DNA of 64,000 nucleotides from positions 384,001 through 448,000 of the forward strand of contig CAWFQB010000005.1 in assembly GCA_963817895.1 (NCBI GenBank). Direction: 5' to 3'. This DNA comes from an uncultured Chthonomonadaceae bacterium. Lineage in GTDB: Bacteria > Armatimonadota > Chthonomonadetes > Chthonomonadales > Chthonomonadaceae. The notes beneath the pieces are model-generated. The model had not been told where the DNA came from. It saw nothing but the letters and a program-made list of their open reading frames with translations, and searched no databases. A program made the translations under genes and the position numbers. This document shows positions 19,446 to 29,224 of the stretch, one piece after another. Numbering within the stretch: position 1 is the first letter of the stretch; every line of letters begins with the position of its first letter.

Positions 19446-22400
19446 ATGCTGCAGCAGACATGGCGCATTGAAATGTTTGCGGGGTTGAAAGCGCGACAGG
19501 GCGAGCATCTCGTGTCGCGCTTCCGCACACAGAAGACCGGCGAATTGCTGGGGTATCTGGCCTGCTTTCCTGAACGCGCCCATCCACGCGAGGAACTGAT
19601 CGAACGTTTGTGGCCGGACGATGAGACGGACAGCGCCCGTACAAAACTCCGCATGGCACTGAGTTCCCTGCGCCGCCAACTGGAAGCGCAAAAATCCTCC
19701 GGTTGCGTATTGTTCGCCGAGCGCGACAGTATCCGCCTGAACCCCGACGCCTTCACCAGTGATGTGGCCGATTTCGAGAGGGCTTTGCAGTCGGCGGCGC
19801 AGGCGATGCCGGGGGAAGCGCAGGCGCGGTTTCTGGCGCAGGCATGCGCGGAGTATCGGGGCGAATTCCTGCCCGGATGCTATGAAGAGTGGGCGCAAAC
19901 AGAACGCGGACGCCTGGCCGGACTGCATCTTCGCGCGCTGACAAATCTGGCCGACCTGCTGGAACAACTCGGCGATTTTGATGGCGCGTTTGATTACGCG
20001 CTGCGGGCTATAAGCCTGGACCCTTTACAGGAAGCCTCCCATCTGACTCTGATGCGGCTGTATCTGCGCTGCGGACAGCCCGCCGCCGCCCTGCGGCAGT
20101 ATCAGCAATTGGAACGCGCCCTGCGAGACGCGTTGGGAATGTCGCCTTCGTCAATCGCGCAATCGCTGGCCGCGTCGCCTTTCACGCCGGCCCCCTCTGT
20201 TACGCCCCCCATATTTCCGTCTGAGCCGATTTCTCCGCCTGCAATTCTTTCCATATCCAAACCTGTGCAGCCGGATTCTTCTCCTGCCACGTCCCTCCTG
20301 TCCCGCCTGCCTGTTGTTCTGACGCGCTTTTTCGGGCGCGAAGCGGAGCTGCGAAACATTCTGGAACTGCTGCAATTGCAGGCGGGAGAAGCGGAGGACA
20401 CGCCCCGTCTGGTCACGCTCACCGGCCCCGGCGGAGCGGGCAAGACTCGCCTCGCGGTCGAGATTGGCCGCCGCTTCGTTGCGGCAGGCAAACAGGGCGC
20501 GTGTTTCGTGCCGCTTGCCGAGGTTACGCAGGCCGGTCACATTATGGAGGCCATCGCCCGCTGCATGGAACTGCCCCCACTGCCGCAAAATTTGCAGGGG
20601 GAACCATCCGGGGAAGAACAGAACCGATTGCGGCAAATCGCGGACGCGGCGGGAAATCAGCCACTCCTGCTGATACTGGATAACTTCGAGCAGATTGCGG
20701 GCGAAAGCGCGGAGCGTGTCCTGACGCTTTTGCAGGCCGCGCCGACGCTGCAATGCCTGGTCACATCCCGGCATCATCTGGGGCTGACGGGTGAACGGAT
20801 TTATCCGACGCTCTCCCTGTCATTGGCTGGCAGCCGCCAGTTGTTCGTGGATCGCGCGCAGGCGGTGAAGCCGGATTTTCAAATCACGCCGGGTAATGCC
20901 GCCGCCATCGAAGCCCTGTGCGTCCGTCTGGAGGGTATTCCGCTCGCTCTGGAACTGGCGGCAGGATGGGCGCTGACCCTGACTCCCGCCCGGATGCTGG
21001 CGCGATTGGAAGACCGATTCACGATGTTGGTCAGCCGCAAAAACGATTTGTCGGCGCGGCATCGAACCCTGCGCGCGGCGATTGCGTGGAGTTACGATCT
21101 GCTGCCCCCCGAATTGCAGTGGTTTTTTGCCGCGCTTGCCGTGTTTCGGGGCGGGTGGAGCGTGGAAGCGGCGCAGGCGGTGTGTGGGGGGGAACACGCG
21201 CTGGAATATTTGCAACTGCTGCGGGAACGGTCGCTGATACTGGCGGAGGAGAGCCACGAAACCCTGCGCTTTTCCATGCTGGAGTCGCTGCGGGAATTCG
21301 CGGGAGCAGGTTGGCGCAAGTCGGCAAAACGAACTGGAAGCGCGGCACGGCGCGTTTTTCCTGAAGTGGGCGCAGGATGCCGACGCGAATATTTCCGGCG
21401 CGGGGCAAAGCGACAGTCTGGCGCGTTTGGAGGCCGAGCATGACAACCTGCGTAAAGCGTTGGCGTGGGCCGAAAGCGCGGAGCAGACTGCCGCCTCGCC
21501 CGAAATGGCTTTGCAGTTCACGGCGGCATTATGGTTTTTCTGGAGTGTGCGCGGCCATCTGACGGAGGGGCGCGAACGTCTGGCGCGTGTTTTGGAGCGG
21601 GCTTTACATGACAGGGATACGCCAACGCGCGCGCTGTTCGACAGCCTGAACGGAGCCGGCAATCTGGCGCACATGCAGGGCAACTACAAACAGGCCGAAT
21701 ATTACCGCGACAGGGCTGTTGAAACGGCGGTTCAGTTGGGTGATAAACCCCTTGCGGCGGTGGCGCGGGTCAACAGGGCGTGTGGACTGATGAACGCGGG
21801 CAAACCGGAGGAGGCGCGCGGGCTGTTTATGCAGGTTCTGGCGGATGCGCGGCAAGCGGGGGACGGACGCATTGCCGCTGCCGCCCTGACCAACCTTGCC
21901 AATATTGCTACCGACCGTGCGGACTACGCGGAAGCGCAGGCCTTGCTGGAAGAGAGTCTGGCGCTGCGGCGAATATCGGGCGACAAACGCGCGTTGGGCA
22001 TTACGCTGCTGAATCTGGCGAACGCGTTGCACTATCAGGGCGAACGCGAAGAGGCGCTGGAACTCATCGAGGAGTCGCTTGCGATACGGCGGCAACTGGG
22101 TGACAAACGCGCCATTGCCAACGCGCTGTACAATCTGGGACAAATGGCGCAGGGCAGCGGAGATACCGTTCGCGCCCGTCACTGTCAAATAGAGAGTTTG
22201 CAGTTGCGGCGCGAACTGGGGGATAAGGATGGTATTGCGTGTTCGCTGGATGCGTTCGCGCATTTACTATTGGAAATGCAGCCCCAACGCGCCGCGATGC
22301 TGTACGGAGCGTCTGCCGCTATTCGTCAGGAGATCGGGCGAACGCTTCCCGCCAACGAGCAGGAGGAGCGCGACGCCTGCCGCCATAAACTCGCCGCCCA

Positions 22401-22512
22401 TCTGGGTGAAACGGAACTGGCCCGATTAGAAGCGCGGGGCAGCCGCAAAACTCTGGAACAGGCGTTGGAGTTGGCGCGGATGGAGGAACACGAACAGAAC
22501 GCGGCAAAATAG
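19446..22512 (+). CDS. AfsR/SARP-family BTAD-NB-ARC-TPR regulator (copy 2; frameshift near 21300-21345)
   Basis: RFRTQKTGELLGYLA, YRGEFLPG, TRFFGRE, GPGGAGKT, LDNFEQ, GIPLALELAA; TPR half continues in ORF 21427-22512 (EAEHDNLRKAL). Confidence 0.9.
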
Positions 22513-22531
22513 GTCGGGAAATGATAGTTCG

Positions 22532-22611
22532 GAAAATTGTCGCAAAATTTGCTGAAACAGACGGTTGAAACGCGGTTCTGAGACGCTGTTGATACGGCGG
22601 GGTTCTAAACT
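22532..22611 (+). promoter_or_regulatory. Putative SARP-type direct-repeat promoter
   Basis: CTGAGACG-CTG-TTGATACG-N9-TAAACT; upstream AAAATT repeats 11 bp apart. Confidence 0.55.
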
Positions 22612-22734
22612 GACGCTGGTTGGGACGAAAGAAGCGTGGGGGCGATGCACCCGGCAGTATGATTGCCGCGCCCCGCGCTTCCCATTTGTCCTGCCGGCGT
22701 CTTTTTCCTGTACTCTCGAAAGGAGTCCCGACCC

Positions 22735-23535
22735 ATGTTTTCACGTTTTCACAACATTGGCTTTGGAATAGCCGCGTTGGGCGCGCTCGCCCTGTCTGTC
22801 CTTCCACAAAATGCCCGCGCGCAGGTGTACTACGATACCGATGGCGACACGATCAACACCAACATCAACACCTTCGCCTATGCCGGAAATACCAACACCA
22901 GCCCCTTCACTATCAACCTTGTCGCGGGCGGGCAGGCTGACAGTATTGCTCTCTTCAACAATGCCTCCCTGAACATGACCGGGGGTGAGACAGGCAGTAT
23001 CTCTGGAGATGGCTTTGCAACCGGCATGGGAAACAAAAACAACATTACCATATCAGACGGCGTGGTGAGCGGCGCGGTCTATGGCGGCAGTTACGGATCG
23101 CATCTCACAATCACGGGCGGCACAGTTCAAGATGTTTATGCAAGTCAATACGTGGGGGGCATCTTCACCATGCGCGGCGGCAGCGTGGGACATTACCTTG
23201 AGTTTAATAATGTCGGAGATGTCGGCAACATCTACGGCGGCACGCCTGGTCCCTATATCATTGTCCTTGACGGCGCCACGCTGAACCTGTACGGCACGAA
23301 TTTGCTGGCGACGCTTCTTCGCGCGGATAACATATCCTCTGACTATCAACTCAGCGGTGAACTGCAAGATGGTACACCTCTTGTTGTCTCCGACCTTGCT
23401 GTATACAATGGCGGCGTCGTCAACCTTATCTCGACCGATACGCCCGCTGTTCCCGAACCCGGCTCTGTCGCGCTGCTTATTGGCATGGCGACAACGGGCG
23501 CGGGCTTCCTTGTCCGTCGCAAATGTCGCGTGTAG
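22735..23535 (+). CDS. PEP-CTERM exosortase substrate
   Basis: AAGGAG RBS; signal peptide ending ARA-Q; GG-rich beta-helix-like repeats; VPEPGSVALLIGMATTGAGFLVRRK. Confidence 0.92.
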   Translation: MFSRFHNIGFGIAALGALALSVLPQNARAQVYYDTDGDTINTNINTFAYAGNTNTSPFTINLVAGGQADSIALFNNASLNMTGGETGSISGDGFATGMGNKNNITISDGVVSGAVYGGSYGSHLTITGGTVQDVYASQYVGGIFTMRGGSVGHYLEFNNVGDVGNIYGGTPGPYIIVLDGATLNLYGTNLLATLLRADNISSDYQLSGELQDGTPLVVSDLAVYNGGVVNLISTDTPAVPEPGSVALLIGMATTGAGFLVRRKCRV

Positions 23536-23680
23536 GCGTGTTCTGGTTTACAGACCGGGGACACAGGGACTTGACAGAGGAGAAGAGTAGGGCAAGCATC
23601 CGGCGACACGCTTTGCCGCGCCCTCCTCTTCCCTCTGCTCGACCACCGGCATGTTCGCGTTACGGAAGGGAGGTTTGGAC

Positions 23681-24310
23681 ATGTTGAAGCGTTACAAAGC
23701 AAGTGTCGCGTTTGCCTGCGCTGCAATTGGGGGAGTGTGCTGTCCGGCTCAATCGCAGGTGATTTACCAATCTGCGATTGCAGGACCACTGGCGAATACA
23801 GGCTTGTTCGTGGATAACAGTCAAATTCTCGGTGTCCGTTTTACCACGACGCAGGCGTATCGTGTCACCAACATCCGTTTCAATGTCTCAGGCAACGGCA
23901 CACTGTTCGCTGCCATCAACCCCCTTAACGCTGCCACTCCGTTTCCTGCCAATCGGAACTTGAGCGACGCCGTGTTTGCCACAACCTTTACGCCTGCCGG
24001 TGGCGTCAGTTCTGTTCTCGCCATTCCCGCTCACGCTGTTTTGTTCCCCGGAACGTACTCGCTGCTTATCGGGTCGGGGTTGTTTGGGGCCACCGGGAAT
24101 GGATTGGCTCCCTCCAATGCCACCGACATCGGAACGCCCCGTTACTTTTATTCCAATTTGAACGGATTTATTGACGGCGGGTTTTCGTCCGCGCTGTTTG
24201 AAGTGGAGGGCGTACCCACCGTTCCCGAACCCGGCAGCGTCGCATTGCTCACGGGAATAGCCGTCACGGGCGCGGCCCTCCTTGCCCGCCGCAAACGCGG
24301 GAATAGTTGA
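23681..24310 (+). CDS. PEP-CTERM exosortase substrate
   Basis: GGAGG RBS; signal peptide; VPEPGSVALLTGIAVTGAALLARRKR. Confidence 0.92.
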   Translation: MLKRYKASVAFACAAIGGVCCPAQSQVIYQSAIAGPLANTGLFVDNSQILGVRFTTTQAYRVTNIRFNVSGNGTLFAAINPLNAATPFPANRNLSDAVFATTFTPAGGVSSVLAIPAHAVLFPGTYSLLIGSGLFGATGNGLAPSNATDIGTPRYFYSNLNGFIDGGFSSALFEVEGVPTVPEPGSVALLTGIAVTGAALLARRKRGNS

Positions 24311-24547
24311 CTTCTTTATCGCGGGTTTCGCGGTTCCTCTCCTCTTTTCTATTCCTTCTCTGTGAAGCGCGGCAATCTTTTCCATGCCCGACCAGTCGAC
24401 TCGGAAGGAACGGCGTCACGGAAATGCAGCGGCGTTCCCCCGATTTTAGATTATTTGGAACCTTCGCTGATTCAGACGTACTTACTACTATACGGCAGTT
24501 TTGCAAATACGACTATTAGACCGTCAAAGTAGAATGGTAGGGTACGT

Positions 24548-24657
24548 GGTAGGGGTTCTGCTTGCTGAACCCTCCTCGAAACAGGCGCAACTATGTACAA
24601 TGCAGGGCGCAGCAAGCAGCGCCCCTACCTTACTGTTCTATCTTATATGGTGTACTA
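24548..24657. repeat. Inverted pair of GTAG-type REP-like palindromes with conserved flank
   Basis: GTAGGGGTTCTGCTTGCTGAACCC ... GGGCGCAGCAAGCAGCGCCCCTAC, followed by TTCTA..ATGGTGTAC as at 34837-34888. Confidence 0.7.
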
Positions 24658-24673
24658 TCATAGGAGAAACAGC

Positions 24674-25702
24674 ATGGAGTTTCGGCAATTGGGCGCGTCC
24701 GGGTTTCGGGTTCCCGCCCTTAGTCTTGGCACGGGGACGTTTGGCGGGCAGGGCGACTTCTTCAAGGCGTGGGGCGGCAGCGATGTGGACGAAGCGACCC
24801 GGCTCATAGATATTTGTCTGGAAGCCGGACTGTCCATGTTCGACAGCGCGGACATCTATTCGGGCGGATTGGCGGAGGAGATACTGGGCAAGGCCATTGC
24901 CGGACGGCGCGATCAGGTGATTATCTCCACGAAAGCCACGTTTCGTATCGGTTCCGGTCCCAACGACGTGGGTTCCTCGCGCTGGCATCTGATACGGGCG
25001 TGTGAGAGCAGCCTGAAACGGTTGGGAACCGACTACATTGACTTGTTCCAACTGCACGGTTTCGATGCCGTCACGCCGGTTGAAGAGACATTAAGCGCGT
25101 TGGATGATCTGGTGAAGGCCGGGAAGATACGCTACATCGGCTGTTCCAACTTTTCCGGCTGGCATCTGATGAAATCGCTTGCCGTTTCGGAAAAGTACGG
25201 GCAGGCGCGTTACGTGGCGCATCAGGCATACTATTCGCTTATCGGGCGCGAGTACGAATGGGAACTCATGCCTTTGGGAGTTGACCAGAAGGTAGGCGCG
25301 GTGGTGTGGAGTCCGCTGGGTTGGGGACGGCTCACGGGCAAAATACGCCGCAATCAGCCTCTGCCCGAAACAAGCCGTCTGCACACGACAGCCGAGGCCG
25401 GCCCACCCGTTGCTGACGAGTATTTGTATCGCGTGGTGGACGCGCTGGACGCCATTGCCGCAGAAACGGGCAAAACCGTGCCGCAAATCGCCCTCAACTG
25501 GCTGCTGCAACGGCCTACGGTCGCCAACGTCATCATCGGGGCGCGTAACGAAGAACAGTTACGCCAGAATTTGGGCGCGGTCGGCTGGAATTTGACGCCG
25601 GAGCAAGTCGCTCAACTCGACGAGGCCAGCAAGGTCACGCGCATCTATCCCTACTGGCATCAGGCGGGCTTTGCGGAGCGCAATCCCTTCCCCACCGCCT
25701 GA
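24674..25702 (+). CDS. Aldo/keto reductase
   Basis: MEFRQLGASG, FDSADIYSGG, SLKRLGTDYIDLFQLH, GKIRYIGCSN. Confidence 0.95.
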   Translation: MEFRQLGASGFRVPALSLGTGTFGGQGDFFKAWGGSDVDEATRLIDICLEAGLSMFDSADIYSGGLAEEILGKAIAGRRDQVIISTKATFRIGSGPNDVGSSRWHLIRACESSLKRLGTDYIDLFQLHGFDAVTPVEETLSALDDLVKAGKIRYIGCSNFSGWHLMKSLAVSEKYGQARYVAHQAYYSLIGREYEWELMPLGVDQKVGAVVWSPLGWGRLTGKIRRNQPLPETSRLHTTAEAGPPVADEYLYRVVDALDAIAAETGKTVPQIALNWLLQRPTVANVIIGARNEEQLRQNLGAVGWNLTPEQVAQLDEASKVTRIYPYWHQAGFAERNPFPTA

Positions 25703-25772
25703 ATAAAACGGCAGCCGTGAGGAAACAAAAATTGCGCCGGAACTAAGTGGACGCCCGGTTGAGGACTATTTA

Positions 25773-25892
25773 GAGCTTATCCCAACAGGCGATTGCATTT
25801 GCGTCCGAAGGAGGACATAACATGTTATGTCCCTACGCCGCAGGCCACTCAGACGGGTACGTTCTCTGTACCCGGCCTATTGGGATAGGCTC
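25773..25892. mobile_element. About 120-bp MITE, IS5-like ends, TTA target duplication
   Basis: GAGCTTATCCCAACAGGC ... GCCTATTGGGATAGGCTC (16/18 IR match), flanked by TTA on both sides. Confidence 0.75.
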
Positions 25893-26633
25893 TTAACCAT
25901 TGCCGCCTGTTCGGAGGTAATCCACGAAGTACGGGGGAAGCCCTGCGGCTACGAGACGAGAGCAGGCCGCTTCGACATCGTAAGCAAGCCGCGCCTGCTC
26001 TACCTGTATGTCCGGGCCGTCAATGGTCAGGATACAGTAACCGGCGCGGCTATCGCCGTCTTTCGGGCGTCCCACGCTGCCAGTATTCACGAAGTCCACG
26101 CCCTCCACAACGCGATGGTAAGGAACATGCGTATGCCCGAAGATGATGATGTCGGCGTGAGCGTCCCGCTTTCCATCCGGCGTAAACTGCTTTAGATAAC
26201 CATCCGAGCGGTTCTCAAAAAGATACTCCGTGTTCGATACAGGGGAGCCGTGACACAGCAGGACTTTCCGACCATCCACCTCCAGCCTGATTTCTCGCGG
26301 CAGTTCACGGAGCCATGCTTTGTTCGCGTCCGTCGTGTGTTCGCGCGTCCACAAAAACGAGAGGTTGCTCATCTCAATGTCGAAAGGCTTCACGTAGTGG
26401 CAGCCGCAGTCATTGAGATTGAAGCCCACGCCCTCATCATAGTTTCCGAGGATTGTGGGGCAGTCCATTGCCTGTATTACGGCCTGCGCTTCGTTTGGCT
26501 GAGAAGCGTAACCGCCCACATCGCCCAGACAGTAGACGCCATCGTAGCCGCCCGCTCTGATATGCGCCGCAACTGTTTCCATCGCGGGCAGGTTGGCGTG
26601 AATGTCGGAAAAAATTGCCAGTCGCGTCGCCAT
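25893..26633 (-). CDS. Metallophosphoesterase (calcineurin-like)
   Basis: SDIHAN, CLGDVGGY, GNYD, CHGSP, GHTH, NTGSVG. Confidence 0.93.
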   Translation of the reverse strand: MATRLAIFSDIHANLPAMETVAAHIRAGGYDGVYCLGDVGGYASQPNEAQAVIQAMDCPTILGNYDEGVGFNLNDCGCHYVKPFDIEMSNLSFLWTREHTTDANKAWLRELPREIRLEVDGRKVLLCHGSPVSNTEYLFENRSDGYLKQFTPDGKRDAHADIIIFGHTHVPYHRVVEGVDFVNTGSVGRPKDGDSRAGYCILTIDGPDIQVEQARLAYDVEAACSRLVAAGLPPYFVDYLRTGGNG

Positions 26634-26657
26634 AAAATCATACTCCTTGACCAGCCT

Positions 26658-27383
26658 TTACCGTGTAGCATGAGCCGTACCCTCAATCGCGTCCAGCGCG
26701 TCGGCTATGTCGTTGGGCGCGCTCTGCGCGTGGTGTTCCCCGCCCCGAATACTCTCATACAGCAGGGAAGCCGCAACCGCGCCAATCACCGGGCCAACCA
26801 CATACACCCAGTAGACGGACAGGGCAGCCATGCCACTGAAAAGCGCGGGGCCGAGCGAACGCGCCGGGTTCATGCTGCCGCCCGTAATCGCGCCGCCGAT
26901 CAGCACGTCAAAGACAACCGTAAGCCCAATCGCCAGACCGGGAACCGCGCCGTTTGCCCGCTTGTCGGTTGCAACCGCAATGATAACGAGCATGAGGAAA
27001 AACGTCAAAATGGCTTCCACGCCCACCGCGCGCAAAATCGGGCCGCTTACGGGAATGTGAACGCCATGCCCACCCCCGAACAGAAGCGCGACAACTCCCG
27101 CCGCCGCAATGCCGCCCGCGAATTCCGCGATCCAGTAGGGCAGGACGTACTTCCACGAAAAACGGCGGGCAACGGCAAAGCCCAGCGTTACGGCGGGGTT
27201 GAAGTGCGCCGAAGAGATGTGGCCGAGCGCGTAGATCATGGCAAGCACAGCCAGCCCGGAAACCCACGCGGCGGCCATCAAACTACTGTCCGCGCCCGGA
27301 AAATACCCCGCTGCCGAAAGCGCGACCGGGGCGAACACGATCCCGAACGTGCCGATGAATTCCGCGACGCAACGTCGCATCAT
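26658..27383 (-). CDS. MIP/aquaporin channel
   Basis: AEFIGTF, SAHFNPAVT, GGSMNPARSLGPA. Confidence 0.94.
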   Translation of the reverse strand: MMRRCVAEFIGTFGIVFAPVALSAAGYFPGADSSLMAAAWVSGLAVLAMIYALGHISSAHFNPAVTLGFAVARRFSWKYVLPYWIAEFAGGIAAAGVVALLFGGGHGVHIPVSGPILRAVGVEAILTFFLMLVIIAVATDKRANGAVPGLAIGLTVVFDVLIGGAITGGSMNPARSLGPALFSGMAALSVYWVYVVGPVIGAVAASLLYESIRGGEHHAQSAPNDIADALDAIEGTAHATR

Positions 27384-27412
27384 GCCGTTGTTTATAGTGG
27401 CTCTTGCGCCGG

Positions 27413-27958
27413 TCAGCAACAGCCTGTCCCGCAGCAGCCTGACGTTTCGCCTTGCGCCATCGGAAGAAGCGTGGGAACACACAACTCTTTCGCGAGACAA
27501 TCAGTATGCTTGTAGCCGAGAGTTAGAATGACTGCTTCGGCGGTAACGCTATGGCCTGTCACCGGGTACTGCGAAATGGTCACGTCCTCATACTCAACTT
27601 CTAAGTCAAGGTCTTGATCTTCCGGCAAAACCCTTCTCGCCAGATTCAGCACATCGGCCATTTTGCCCGCGTACAGGCGGTGGTCGGTGTCCGGCCCGAG
27701 CCATACTTGCAGTTGGCAGGTATGCGTGGCGTGAAGTTTCCCGCCGCAATCAATAAATCGCTTCTGCATATACGCGACTTCGGTAATGTGAAAAGCAACG
27801 GGAACCGCTTTCCGGTCGGGCAGGACAAGGCGAAACTGCTTTTCGCGGTGCGCTTCCAGCAGCGCCCTGAACGCGCTGAGTTTCATCACGCCGTTTTCGT
27901 CGGGCGTATCGTTGGTTTCCGGTCGTCGTGCCGTAAGGGGTATTGTTTCCGTCATCAT
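27413..27958 (-). CDS. DUF6428-like protein with C-terminal Cys cluster
   Basis: FHITEV...FIDCGG, QVW...DHRL, LEVEYE, TDCLAKELC...GCCGTGCC. Confidence 0.85.
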   Translation of the reverse strand: MMTETIPLTARRPETNDTPDENGVMKLSAFRALLEAHREKQFRLVLPDRKAVPVAFHITEVAYMQKRFIDCGGKLHATHTCQLQVWLGPDTDHRLYAGKMADVLNLARRVLPEDQDLDLEVEYEDVTISQYPVTGHSVTAEAVILTLGYKHTDCLAKELCVPTLLPMAQGETSGCCGTGCC

Positions 27959-28037
27959 TGTGCTTCCTATAGTGGTTGGTTGTTGGGTGTTGATTGCTGC
28001 CGGTATGGATTTTCCGCTCGGAGCTTGTCTTTGTCCG

Positions 28038-28406
28038 TCAGCAGCAGGGACCGCCTGCGTTTTTATCCAAAATTACGCCTGACAGATAGGCCGCAAGCGC
28101 GGCGACGGCTTCCCGGTTCACGCCGCAAATCATGTTCTTGCCCCGGCGCTCGACCGTGATAAGTCTAGCAAGGCGTAGCTCTTTCAGGTGATGCGAAATT
28201 TTTGAGTTGATCTGTTCCGCGCCGGTGACATGGCAGCAGACTTCCCCCACTGTCGGGCCGGAAACGGGGCGCACATCGCCGCTCTCTTCCACCGCTACCG
28301 GTTCGCAGCACGAGCGCAGAAACTCGAAAATATGTAAGCGCGTTGGATCGCCCAACGCTTTGAACATGGCAGCCGCGTCCAGCCCCTCGTTCTCAAGTCG
28401 TATCAT
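28038..28406 (-). CDS. ArsR/SmtB family repressor
   Basis: FKALGDPTRLHIFEFL, ISHHLKELR, VERRG; three CC pairs. Confidence 0.93.
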   Translation of the reverse strand: MIRLENEGLDAAAMFKALGDPTRLHIFEFLRSCCEPVAVEESGDVRPVSGPTVGEVCCHVTGAEQINSKISHHLKELRLARLITVERRGKNMICGVNREAVAALAAYLSGVILDKNAGGPCC

Positions 28407-28407
28407 T

Positions 28408-28492
28408 CGTTTTCTCGTTTCGTGAAATGTTGTAATGAATGTACCCTGACGAACCTTTATCTGTCAAGGACATTTCTAAAATTGCAGAAATG
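28408..28492 (-). promoter_or_regulatory. Sigma70-like promoter with putative ArsR operators
   Basis: Minus-strand TTGACA-N18-TACATT (28467-28438); palindrome CATTTCT-N8-AGAAATG at 28471-28492 and a degenerate copy at 28408-28429. Confidence 0.6.
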
Positions 28493-28518
28493 TTTTCAAG
28501 AAGAGAAAGGTATAAAAG

Positions 28519-29151
28519 ATGAACTATCTGACATTGGGCGACTCGATCAGCATTGACGAATATACTGAAGTGGAGGGCGGTGGGGCGGTGAAGCAGTTCG
28601 CGCGGCTGATACGCGCGGCTGACGTTCAGGATTTTACGCAGGATGGGCGGACAACAAATGGCGTTCTTGCGGATTTGGAGCGCGTTGGGCTTGCGCCCGA
28701 TATAGTCACGCTGACCATTGGCGGCAACGACTTTTTGCAGGCCGTGTTTCGCCACGCCGAGCCGACCGGATTTGTTCCGCCCGATTACTGGACCGAAATG
28801 GCGCAGCCCATTCTTGCCAACCTGAACCGTATCGCCCTGTTGCTGGCTCAATTTCATTGTCCCGTGATTTTGAACACCGTTTACGACCCGACGGACGGCG
28901 AGGATACGCTTTTCGCGCAGATTGGCGTTCCTCCTCCGGCGCGGCAGGCGTTCGACACGCTGAACGGCGGTATCAAATCGCTGGCGCAAACGCATGGCTT
29001 TCTGCTGTCCGATCTGGAAACGCTGTTTCACGGACACGGCCTGCGGTCGCGCGACAGTTGGTTTGTTATGAACATCGAACCGAATTATGGGGGCGCGACC
29101 GCCATTGCCCGTCACTGGTTTCAACTGTTTCGCGCTTCAGGCAGGATTTAA
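28519..29151 (+). CDS. SGNH/GDSL hydrolase
   Basis: LGDSIS, LTIGGND, VYDP; C-terminal IEPN where DxxHP is usual. Confidence 0.85.
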   Translation: MNYLTLGDSISIDEYTEVEGGGAVKQFARLIRAADVQDFTQDGRTTNGVLADLERVGLAPDIVTLTIGGNDFLQAVFRHAEPTGFVPPDYWTEMAQPILANLNRIALLLAQFHCPVILNTVYDPTDGEDTLFAQIGVPPPARQAFDTLNGGIKSLAQTHGFLLSDLETLFHGHGLRSRDSWFVMNIEPNYGGATAIARHWFQLFRASGRI

Positions 29152-29224
29152 TACGTCTTTGTCGAAAAGTGTAGAGCGTAGCGCAGCAACACTGCTGCGC
29201 GAAATTTCAGAAACAGGAATTCGT

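Noticed and set aside
26250..27515. 421-aa plus-strand ORF
   Set aside because: Antisense to the aquaporin and phosphoesterase genes.
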